DNA of 64,000 bases, taken from assembly GCF_963921235.1 (NCBI RefSeq), contig NC_086108.1, positions 30,878,001 through 30,942,000 of the forward strand, written 5' to 3'. Origin of the DNA: Mobula hypostoma. Taxonomy: Eukaryota. The notes beneath the pieces were generated by a model that had not been told where the DNA came from, did no database searches, and saw nothing but the letters and a program-made list of their open reading frames with translations. This document shows, in pieces, positions 26,626 through 37,490 of the stretch. Numbering within the stretch: position 1 is the stretch's first letter; each line of letters starts with the position of its first letter. The position numbers were made by a program, and so were the translations under genes.

Positions 26626-27777
26626 GAATCGTCAGGAAATAAGATGCTGGTATCAATCAGCATGACCTCTGTTATGAAAATCTACTCATTCTCCAATGTT
26701 CTATAAGGAAGGAAAAGTGCCGATCACGAGCAGTCTTGTCTAGATGTGACTTCAGGCCTACGTCAACATCATAGCCTCTTAAAAACATGAGAGCTTAAGA
26801 AAATAAGAGCAGGAGTAGGCCACTCGGCCTCCTAAGCCTGCCCATCATTCAATACAATCATGACTGATCTGCCCCAAATCTCATCCTCTACCCCATTGCC
26901 CTTAATTCCCAGATTTTTTCAAAAAATATTATCTACTTTCTCTGTAACTATTCCCAATGATCTAAACTCCACAACATTTTGAGAGAGAGACTTCCAGAGA
27001 TTCACCACCCTACTCCAGAAAGCCTGCTGGAAATGGAATGTTTTAGTTCCATACACCACAGAGCAGTACAGTATAGGAAGGGGCCTTTCAGCCCAGTATG
27101 GCTGCACCAACCATGACGCCACAACCAATCACCTCGTCCTGCACTCATTCCAGATCTCTACATTCCGTATCTGTTTCTGTGTCTGTCCAAATGCTTCTTG
27201 AACGTTGCTGTCCTATCTGTTTTTACCACTTCACCTAGCCACAGGTTCTAGACGCCTACTAGTAACTTGCCTTACACATCTGTTTTATACTTATCCCATT
27301 TCACCTTAAACTCATAACTATTTTGATGCAGAGTCTCGACCTGAAACATCAGCTATCCCTTTGCTTTGACTGATGCTGCTCAACCCATTGATTGGTGTTA
27401 TGCTCTACACTCTATTCTCCCTACCTGACTGTCTACAGGAACACGAAGAAATCATGTTTGCTCATATCTACTATAGAAAGTGATTGGGTTTTGCTCCATT
27501 TGATTGACTATATCCTCTTCTGGGAGATCCTCCTGAATACAGTCAATGCTTTCTAGGGTTGCAGCAACCTATTTTTTTTAGAACATTGTCTTTCACTGCC
27601 AGATACATATTGTTGATTATGGAGGTGCCTATTTGGAAAATCAGAATCAGGTTTATCGTCACTGCAAAAAGGCAGCACTTACCATCAAAGATTTCAACCA
27701 AATGGGCCATGCCATTTTTGTGTAGCTACCAAAGAGCAAAAGGTCAGAAACCTGAAGCCCCACATCACCAGTTTCAA

Positions 27778-28095
27778 GGGCAGCATAGCAGCACAACGCT
27801 TTAAAGTGCCAATGACCCAGATTCACCCCCTGCTGCTGCCTGTAATGAGTATGTACATCCTCCCAGCACCCCCCCCCCCCGCCGCCGTGACTGCGTGGGC
27901 TGCCTCTGCCTCCAGGTGCTGCGGTTTCTTCCCACAGTCCAAAAAGGTACCGGTTGGCAGTTTGGTTGGTCATTGTGAGTTGTTCTGTGACTAGGCTGGA
28001 ATTAGGAATTACATCAGGGAATTTCTGGGTGGCATGACTCAAAATGCTGGAAGGACCTATTCTGAGCTGCATCACAATAAGTAAAAAAGTAAAGT
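27778..28095 (+). mobile_element. V-SINE/HE1-like SINE nested in Rex1 3' fragment (27655-28345)
   Basis: gggcagcatagcagcacaacgcttta...gtttcttcccacagtccaaaaaggtaccggttgg; Rex1 sequence resumes after the A-rich tail. Confidence 0.7.
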
Positions 28096-28782
28096 AAGAT
28101 AATTGCTTCCATACAACCATTCAGTTGTTAAATCAACCTCATCACTACCTCAGTATAGTAGCACTTCGACTATATTGCATACAATAGACTTTATTATGTT
28201 CTAATAGTGTTCATCCTTGCATAATTCTATGTAATTTTATTTGTTTTTGTGAATGTTGTGTATCTGATGCTATGTGCCAGTGACACCGCAGGAAGTAATC
28301 TTTTCACTGTGGCTGTGCATACAGGTACTTGTGTATAGAGCAAAAACCTTGACTTCGACTTTGGCCCTCAAGATTAGGGAACTCAGACTTACCCTAGGGC
28401 TGCTTTCTAGTTCACTTATTACCTTACTCACATCGCTAAACATCTAACCACCGCGCCCCCCCCCCCACCACCACTACAAGCAGTCTTTATTCCAAGACAC
28501 AATATTTGAAAGTACCATTACATTTTAGCACCTTCCCTGTGTCCTACACATTCCAGTTCTCTTATCTATCTAGGCCTGGATCCATCAGGGATGGCCAGAG
28601 GGAAAGCAGGAGGTGGGTGTTGTCTTAGTGTCTTGTTGCTGTGTTATTAGCAGATTGACTGCGTCACTGGGGTCTGCCTTTCCTCCCTTTCATTTCCTTC
28701 AGCCATGAACAATTTGTAGCAATTTGGCCCAATCCCTAATGTAAACTGAACCCCTTGTCTTCATGTCCTATTTTGATTGGTG

Positions 28783-29580
28783 CAACATTTTGGTAGGACT
28801 AATCAAAATAGGACATACATGGTAAATGGTAGGCATTGAAGAATGCAGTAAAACAGAGGGATCTAGGAATAATGGTGCATAGTTCCCTGAAGATGGAATC
28901 TCATGTGGATAGGGTGGTGAAGAAAGCTTTTGGTATGCTGACCTTTATAAATCAGAGCACTGAATATAGGAGTTGGGATGTAATGTTGAAATTGTACAAG
29001 GCATTGGTGAGGCCAAATTTGGAGTATTGTGTACAGTTTTGGTCACCGAATTATAGGAAAGATGTCAACAAAATAGAGAGAGTACAGAGAAGATTTACTA
29101 GAATATTACCTGGGTTTCATCTCCTAAGTTACAGAGAAAGGTTGAACAAGTTGGGTCTTTATTCTTTTGAGTGTAGAAGGTTGAGGGGGGACATAATAGA
29201 GGTATTTAAAATTATGGGCGGGATAGATAGAGTTGACGTGGATAGGCTTTTTTCCATTGAGAGTGGGGGAGATTCAAACAAGAGGACATGAGTTGAGAGT
29301 CAAAGTGAAAAAGTTTAGGGGTAACATGAGGGCAACTTCTTTACTCAGAGATTGGTAGCTGTGTGGAACGAGATTCCAGCAGAAGTGGTTGAGGCAGGTT
29401 CGATATTGTCGTTTAAAGTTAAATTGGATAGATATATGGACAGGAAAGGAATGGAGGGTTATGGGCTGAGTGCAGGTCGGTGGGACTAGGTGAGAGTAAG
29501 AGTTCAGCACGGACTAGAAGGGCCGAGGTGGCCTGTTTCTGTGCTGTAATTGTTATATGGTTTTATGGTTTATGGTTATT
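28783..29580 (+). mobile_element. CR1 LINE, 5'-truncated, relatively young
   Basis: ORF 28836-29291 QRDLGIMVHSSLK..LYKALVRPNLEYCVQFWSP..ERVQRRFTR; 3' microsatellite tail gttatatggttttatggtttatggttat. Confidence 0.9.
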
Positions 29581-30759
29581 TTGCAAGGTAACTGCTGAAC
29601 CTCAAAGCATTGCATGTTTGCATTCTAGCAGACAAGAATAAGCCCAATCATAGCTGTTTATTTGCATTTTTAAATACAAAACATTGTAGTTAAATCAAAA
29701 AGCTTTCCTCAAAATCCCTATAAAGCCCCATGTACCTTTTAACTCTTTAGAAATGCAGCATTTGAAATTGCTTCCAACTGTTCTAAACTATCTACATATT
29801 TCTTATTTAAATGCACACTAATCACCAATTTCCCAAATTGCTAACTGCTCTCTAAGATTGGGGAATGTCATAACCAGAATCAGAGACATTCAGTTTTAAA
29901 GCAATCCAGATGCCACCTGGCCAATGTGAACCCTGGGCCTTCCATATCAATTTCAAATAAATAAAATAATGCAGGCTTAAAACAGACATCTAAAAGAAAA
30001 TATGATTCATTCTAGTGTTTTACTTCTTTTAGAGCCTTTGGGAATAACTAAAACTTTTAGACTAAGTTATTACTTCCAATAAAGAAAATTTTTAATCGTG
30101 TCGGAAAGAATTAAGGAAAAGAAAAATTGTGGGTAGCCCCATGCAACTTCTAAATAAACACTGCTTTCTGGCATATGAAAGGCCCAGCAGATTTATTATA
30201 CAGCAAGTAACAGAATTTTTCACTTGGTCACATCCTATTTCCTTCAAGATTAGGGTTAATTCAAATACCATGCCAACACAGATTTAACAGCCATTTCAAT
30301 CACTTGCTCACTTGTGTATTCTCTCTATCTCCTACAAATCAAAAACAGATTAACAATTTGCTGCACCTCATTTCACATAGATGACTCACACTTTAAACTA
30401 GTTCAGTTAATGATCTCTCCTCAAAGGTTAAAATTTTGACAAAACATCCTGAAGTACAATCATGCACAGTTTAAGGAGATGTTTAAAGAATGTCGAAGTT
30501 TATTGGTCACAGATAAGCAAATGTTGAAACATTCCCACATCAGTATAAACTTCAGTAACTTCCAAGCTCTCTCACATTCTAATCTGTGATCTATGATATA
30601 ACCTTGCTTAGATAACTTGTCTCAGGAAATATGCTGAACAACGATGTTTTATATCTACAGTCCTGGACTCCACATGGGTCATTCTAAGTCACAATACTCC
30701 TTTGTGGCCCATGGATCCTCTAATGTTCATGTCACAGCATATCTGGAGCCCCTGTTGCT

Positions 30760-30925
30760 CAACCTGGCTAGTATGCCTCGGATTAGGAGCTGCACAAGAT
30801 TCGTGGATATTGTTTCAGCCTATTCTTTCCTCTCAGAACATTTATCAACTTTCTTCACACCTCCAGATTCTTCCTTTTACTCTTGATGTCCTCCACCACT
30901 TTGGCAATTTCCTGTTTACCAAGAA
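30760..30925 (+). mobile_element. Old Penelope-like RT N-terminal remnant
   Basis: IVSAYSFLSEHLS..QILPFTLDVLHHFGNFLF resembles the Penelope RT segment RPIVSACSCPTE..LPT..D..HHFNNFQF as I recall it. Confidence 0.45.
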
Positions 30926-31160
30926 TATGATCTTGGCAAGAAGGATTAAGTAGAATCCTAAACCCCAAGGAAAGAAAGGAAAGAAAAAAAATCTTCTCAG
31001 GGAACAAGAGGGGAATCTATATGAGGAGCAGGCTACTGTATATGGTGAGATCCTAAGTGAAATCTTCTCCTTGGTATTCACTAGGGAGGGACTCAGAGGC
31101 TGAAAAGTTAAGGGAGGGGAATGCTAATATTTTGGAGCACATCTGTTCAGAAGGAAGGCA

Positions 31161-32590
31161 GTCAGAATAGGAAACAGGTTTAATATCACTGGGATATGTT
31201 GTGAGATTTGTTGTTTTACAGCAGCAGTACATCCTAATATATACTAATAAAAACTATAAATTACTGTAAGAATATACAAAAAATCAGATTAAGTAAGTAG
31301 TGCAAAATGGGAGGATAAAAATAGCAAGGTAATGCTTATGGGTTCATTGTCCATTCAGATATCTGATAGCACAGGGGAAGAAGCTATTCCTAAATTGTTG
31401 AGTGTGTGCCTTCAGGCTCTTGTACTTCCTCTCTGATGGTAGCAATGAGACGAGGGCATGTCCTGGATGATGGATGTCTTTAATGATAGATGCCACGTTT
31501 TTGAGGCAAAACTCATTGAAAATGTCCTGGATGCTGAGGAAGTTGGTTGCCATGCTGGAGCTGACTGAGTTTGCCATTTTCTGCAGCTTTTTCCAATCCT
31601 ATGCAGTGGCCTTTCCATACCAGATTGTGATGCAGCCAGTTAGAATGCTCTCTATGGTACATCTATGGAAAATTGTGAGTGTCCTTGGTGACACTTCAAA
31701 TCTCCTCAAACTCCTTATGAAATATAACCACTGTCATGCTTTCTTTGTAATTGCATCGATATGTTGGGCTCTGGATAGATGCTCAGAGATGTTAACACTC
31801 TGGATCTTGAAACTGCTCACACTTTCCATTTCTGATCTCTCATTGAGGTCTGGTGTGTGCTTCCTCAATTTTCCCTTCCTGAAGTCCACAATCAATTCCT
31901 TGGTCTTACTGATGTTGAGTACAAGGTAGTTGTTGCATCATCACTCAACATCCAATCTGCATCTATCTCGCTCCAGTATGCCTCCTTGTCACCATCTGAA
32001 ATCAGCCAACAATAGTTGTATCATCAGCAAATTTATAGATGGCATTTGAACTGTGCCTAGCCACACAGTCGTGGATATAGAGACAGTAGCACAATGGGCT
32101 AAGAACACAACCTTGAGGTGTGGCAGTGTTGACGTTCAGCGAGGAGGAGATGTTATTTCTGGTCTGCACTGACTGATCTTCTGGTGAGGAAGTCAAGGAT
32201 CCATTTGCAGAGCGAGGTACAGAGGACTAGGTTTTGGAGCTTTTTGATCAGAACTCACGGAATGATTGTGTTAAATGCTGAGCTGTAGTCATTAAAATGC
32301 AGTTTGACATCAGTATTAGTATTGCCCAGGTGATCCAAGGCTGTGTGAAGAACCAGTGAGATGGTATCTGCTGTAGACCTATTGCAGTGATAGGTAAGTA
32401 ACAGTGGGTTCAGGTTCTTGATTAGGCAGGAGTTGATTATAACCATAATCAACCTCTCAAAGCACTTTATCACTGTAGCGGTGAGTGCTACTGGGTGATA
32501 GTTGCTATGACAGCTCACCCTGTTCTTCTTGTGCACTGGTTTTGATCGTTGTACTTTTGAAGCAGGTGGGAACTTCCCATCGGTAGCAAT
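31161..32590 (-). mobile_element. Rex1/Babar LINE RT and 3' end
   Basis: [91 protein letters not shown]. Confidence 0.9.
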
Positions 32591-32975
32591 GAGAATGCTC
32601 TCCGTGGTAGCATCTGTAGAAATTTGTGAGCATATTTAGTGATATACCAATTCTCTTCAAAGTCATGATGAAATTTAACCACAGTTATGCCTTCTTTATA
32701 ATTGCATCAGTATGTTGGGCCTAGGATAGATCTTCAGAGATGTTGACACCAGGAAACTGAAACTTCTCACTCTTTCCATTGCTGATCCCTCAATGAGGAC
32801 TGATGTGTGTTCCCTCAGTTTCCCCTTCCAGAAGTTCACAATTAATTCCTTGATCCTACTGAGATTGAGAAGAAGGTTGTTGATGTGACACCACTCAATC
32901 AGCTGATCTATCTCGCTCCTATATGCCTCGTCATCACCATCTGAAATTCTGCCAAAATATTTGTGTCATTGGAAA
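32590..32975 (-). mobile_element. Second Rex1 RT fragment
   Basis: Repeats the sequence of about 31640-32030 with divergence. Confidence 0.75.
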
Positions 32976-32979
32976 ATAT

Positions 32980-33500
32980 TGAAGCTCAATAGGCGGATAA
33001 ATCCCCAAGGATGATAAGGAAAGCAAGGGATGAGATACTGGGGGCTCTGGTGGAGATTTTTGCATCTGCATTAGAAACAGGTGAAGTACATGAAGACAGA
33101 GGGATTGCTAATGTTGTTGCCTTGTTCAAGGAGTCTAGAAACTACAGTTCAATAGCAGGGAAATTGTTGGATATGATTCTGAGGGGTGAGACTTATATTC
33201 TTTGGCAAGACAAGGACTGATTAGAATGAGTCAGTGTTGTTTTGTTCATATCTTGTCAATCTAAAAAAGAATTTTTTGAGGAACTAACAAGAATATGCAG
33301 GAACTCCAGGGCAGTACAGGGTACTGCAGGGTACTAGGGAAATTATTGGAGATGATTCTGAGTGGTGAGACTTATATACTTTGGCAAGACAAGCACTGAT
33401 TACAATGAGTCGGTGTTGTTTTGTTCAAATCTTGTCAATCTAAAGGAATGAGGAACTAACAAGAAAATGCAGGTACTACAGGGCAGTAAATGTGATTTAG
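32980..33500 (+). mobile_element. CR1 fragment with internal tandem duplication (33157-33316 and 33336-33488)
   Basis: KARDEILGALVEIFASALETGEVHEDRGIANVVALFK; the two segments of about 160 bp align directly. Confidence 0.8.
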
Positions 33501-33623
33501 ATTCATAGAGGCCTTGGTTCCCAACTCATCCATGCTGACCCATCTGCCTACCTAAGCTATTCCCATTTGCCTGTGCTTGTCCCACGTCTCTCCAAGCATT
33601 TCCTATCCATGTACCTATCCAAA

Positions 33624-33827
33624 CAACAGGAATTCTGCAGATGCTGGAAATTCAAGCAACACACATCAAAGTTGCTGGTGAACGCAGCAGGCCAAGCAGC
33701 ATCTATAGGAAGAGGCGCAGTCGACGTTTCAGGCCGAGACCCTTCGTCAGGACTAGAAACGTCGACTGCGCCTCTTCCTATAGATGCTGCTTGGCCTGCT
33801 GCGTTCACCAGCAACTTTGATGTGTGT
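33624..33827 (-). mobile_element. Young fold-back mini Penelope-like insert with perfect 72-bp hairpin, inserted in a CR1 3' remnant
   Basis: 33659-33730 and 33756-33827 are exact reverse complements with a 25-nt loop. TSD tacctatccaaa at 33612-33623 and 33832-33843. Confidence 0.92.
33716..33755 (-). ncRNA. Minimal type I hammerhead ribozyme motif
   Basis: Minus strand AGUC-CUGACGA-AGG(GUCUCGG)CCU-GAAA-CGUC-GACU. Both conserved core boxes, stem II, palindromic ACGU stem III, GUC cleavage triplet and stem I AGUC/GACU are present. Confidence 0.8.
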
Positions 33828-34014
33828 CACATACCTATCCAAATGTTTTTCAATCATTGTAATTCTATCTGTCTGTGCCTCCTCCCCTAGCAACTTATTC
33901 CATATGCCTGTCATCCTCTGTGTGAAAATCTTGCCCCTTAATGCCCTATAAATCTTTCCTACCTACCCATAAATTTGTGCCCTCAAGTTTATACTACCAT
34001 ATAGAGCAAAAGCA

Positions 34015-34570
34015 CTTTCAGAAAGCCTTTGACAAGGTGCCACATGTGAGGCTGCTTACCAAGTTAAGAGCCCATGATATTATAGGAAAATTACTAGCAT
34101 GGTTAGAGCTTTGTCTGATTGGTGGGAGGCAGTGACTGGTGGTGTTCCACTGGGGTTGGTGTTAGGACCGTTTCTTTTTATGCTGTATATCAATGATTTA
34201 GATTATGGAATAGATAATTTTGTTGCCAAGTTTACAGATGATATGAAGATTGGTAGAGGGGCAAGTAGTGTTGAGGAAGCAAGTAGGCTGCAGAAGTACT
34301 TATATAGATTAGGAGAATGGGTAAGAGAATGGCAAATGAAATACAATGCTGGAAAATGCATGGTCATGCACTTTGGTAGAAGAAATAAATGTACAGACTA
34401 TTTTCTAAACAGGGAGAAAATCCAAAAATCTGAGATGCAAAGGAATTTGGGAGTCCTTGTGTAGAACACCCTAAAGGTTAACTTGCAGATTGAGTTGGTA
34501 GTGAGGAAGGCAAATGTAATGCTAGCATTCATTTCAGGAGGTCTAGAATACAAGAGCAGAGATGTGATGC
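34015..34570 (+). mobile_element. CR1 RT fragment
   Basis: FQKAFDKVPHVRLLTKL; GVPLGLVLGPFLFMLYINDLD..KFTDDMKIG. Confidence 0.85.
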
Positions 34571-34794
34571 AACACCTTTAACAATGAAACCATATCCTTT
34601 ATTTCTCCATTTATTCATGTTTGTCTTTCATGGAATGTTGTAGAAGCATTGCATCAGTCACTGTCAGATAATGATCAATGCATGCTTTGGTAAATCGGAG
34701 TTCTCTCCCACAATAGGATATAGGAATCAGAGCAAGGTGATTTTTTTTGGTGACATTTCTCTGGAATAAACCTTGCTAAAGTACTTATTCCACC

Positions 34795-35812
34795 TTCTCC
34801 ATCACAATCTCCATCAGCACAGGTGCACCACAGTACTTAGCCCCCCTGCTCTACTCACTTTACACCTATGACAGTGTGGCTAAGCTCAGCACCAATGCCA
34901 TATTCAAGTTTGATGACCAAATCAAAGGTGATGACGTATCTGCATACAGAAGGGAGATTGAAAATCTGGCCAAGTGGTGTCATAACAACTATCTCTCACT
35001 CAAGACCAAGAAGATGATTATAGACTTCAGAGAGGGAAACCAGAGGTCCATAAAAAATGGAGAGCGTTAGCAACTTTAAATTCCTGGGTGTTACTATTTC
35101 AGAGGACCTATGCTGGACCCAGCACATAAGGGCATTTAAGAAGAAAGTACAACAGCACCTCTAATTCTTTAGGAGTCTGTGGAGGTTCAATATGACATCT
35201 AAAACTTCGGCAAACTCGTATAGGTGTGCAGCAGAGAGCGTATTGACTGACTTGACTGACTGCATCACTGACTGGTATGGAAACATCAATGTCTTTGAAC
35301 AGAAAATCCTACAAAAGCCAGTGGATTCCGCCCAATACATCACAGGTAAAGCCCTCCCAACCATTGAGGACACTGTTGTAGGAAAGCAGCATCCATCATC
35401 AGAGTTCCCCACCACCCATGCTCTCTTATTGCTGCTGCTATCAGATAGAAGGCACAAAAGCCTCAAGACTCACACCACCAGGTTCAAGATCAATTACTCC
35501 CCCTCAACCATCAGGCTCTAAGATATAAGGAGATAACTACACTCACTTGTGCCATCATTAAAATATTCCCACAATCAATGATCTCACTTTTAAGGACTCT
35601 TTATCTCATTACCTCAAGTTTTTGATATTTATTGCTATTTAGTTACATTTGCAGTTTGTTGTCTTCTAGACTCCGGTTGATCTTTCATTGATGCTGTTAT
35701 CATTATTATCCTATAGATTTGCTGAGTATGCCCACAAGAAAATGAATTTCAGGGTTGTATATGGTGACATATATGTACTTTTATAACAACATTTGCTTTG
35801 AACTTTGAACTT
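34795..35812 (+). mobile_element. Rex1/Babar LINE RT and 3' end
   Basis: [44 protein letters not shown]; tail tttgaactttgaacttt. Confidence 0.85.
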
Positions 35813-36079
35813 TTTGAAATACCCCAACTTTTATTGTTTTGCAGTCGTATTGTGCTTTAAGTTTCTATTCAATGGTCAAAACCACGCTTACTACATAAGT
35901 TTATAATAGTTTTAAGACTGCTTTGTCTTACTCCACATCATGTTTTGTAAATGTTTCAATAATCGCAAGAGGTTTAATCACTTTTTAAAGCACCCCTATT
36001 GTACTTCAATTGTTTCTAATGGCCTTTTGTTGCACTTTCATTGTAATCAAAAAAGCGTATTTTTGAAAACCATAAAAAC

Positions 36080-36620
36080 TGTGAGCGTTGGAAATCTGAA
36101 ATGAACACTGAAAATTCTGGAAACTCTCAATAGATGAGATAGCATCTGTGGTAAGAGACACCAAGATAACATTGAAGTTTGGAGACACTTAGTCAGAACT
36201 GGGAAGAAGACAATGAGGGTAAATGTTAGCTTTAAGCTGCAAAGAAGATGGGGGAAGAGTGGATAAGGCAAATGAAGTATCTATGATAATATGATGCTGG
36301 GGTTGTTGTGGAGGCATCAAGTGATGTGCCAAGGAGGGCAGTTAGAGAATGTTGTTGTAAATAAAGAAGCACAAATGGTTGCAAAGTGCAGTGTAGTCTC
36401 TGCTAGTGAAGAGAGAAAAAATGACTAAATACCACAGATGGATGATTTAGAGCAGAAATGAACAATTCTGACACAGACAGAGGAAGTGAGTTACCTGAAG
36501 CTGCAGAATTTGATACTCAGACCAGAAAGCTACATGTCCTGATGGAAGATGAGGTGTTTTTCATCATGCCTATATTGGGCTTCATTACAACTGCACAGAG
36601 ACCACACTCAGAAAAGTCTC
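36080..36620 (-). mobile_element. Old Penelope-like EN C-terminus and pLTR
   Basis: Minus strand ..EAQYRHDEKHLIF.. followed by pLTR-like ccacagatgctatctc..gagtttccagaattttc..ttcagatttcca. Confidence 0.55.
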
Positions 36621-37294
36621 GTCAGTAGAGTTTATTTTAACTGGTGAAATGTCACATTGCCCTTTCCAATCTGAGCTGAACTGAAGCAACAATTTTCCCT
36701 TCCATATTATAATTTGCATACGTAAGTCATCCCACTGCATTGTTCAACAATAAGCAAGCAAAGGCCAAGTGTTTAGGGGGTTCAATTCTGCTGGCAGGAT
36801 GAAAACCTTGGTGTTGTACAATGCATTGTCCTTAATAGAAACCATCGGAAATCTGAGGGGTCTGTGAAAAAATGATATATTACAGGGCTTTCTTAGGAAC
36901 TGTGAGTTACCATGCTTACAGTCTTCCATTTTCCCCATTAGCTTTTCTCTTTGCACAAGAGTAAGGTTGTCTTTTTTGCCTTGAATAATTATTCTGCAGA
37001 TGGAGGATTTTGGTTGTGAGAGGGATGAGCTCACTGGCCTTGACAATGGGGTATATTTCTCCAACCATAAAGCACCAAAAACCAGAGAGAACTGGAACTG
37101 AACTTATGGGAAAGCTGGCTGAATGGTCAAATGTCCACAAACTTAGGATGCTGATTTGGAGACCTATTCAAGTCCTACCACATCAGTCTAGAAACTTAGA
37201 TTCAAGACTGGGATTAAAAGCTAGTTTCAATGCTGTGACTGCAACTAATTGGAGTGTTGTTAAAAACAATTCTTCACCCTTTATTTAGAGATAC

Positions 37295-37490
37295 AGCATT
37301 TTACCGGCATTTCCTGTCCACTGAGCAGTACTGCTCAGCAACCCACTGATTTAACCTTCGCCTACTCACAGGACAATTTATAATAACCAATCAATCGACT
37401 AACTGCTACGCATTTGGACTGTAGGATAAAACCGGAGCACTCGGAGGAAACCCATGCGTACATAGAAGGGAACGTACAAACTCTTGCTTA
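37295..37490 (-). mobile_element. V-SINE-like fragment
   Basis: aaaccggagcactcggaggaaacccatgcg..gaacgtacaaact is the reverse complement of the V-SINE core. Confidence 0.7.

Noticed and set aside
33557..33890. Overlapping opposite-strand ORFs with identical peptides (LLVNAAGQAASIGRGAVDVS)
   Set aside because: An artefact of the perfect inverted repeat, not evidence of coding.
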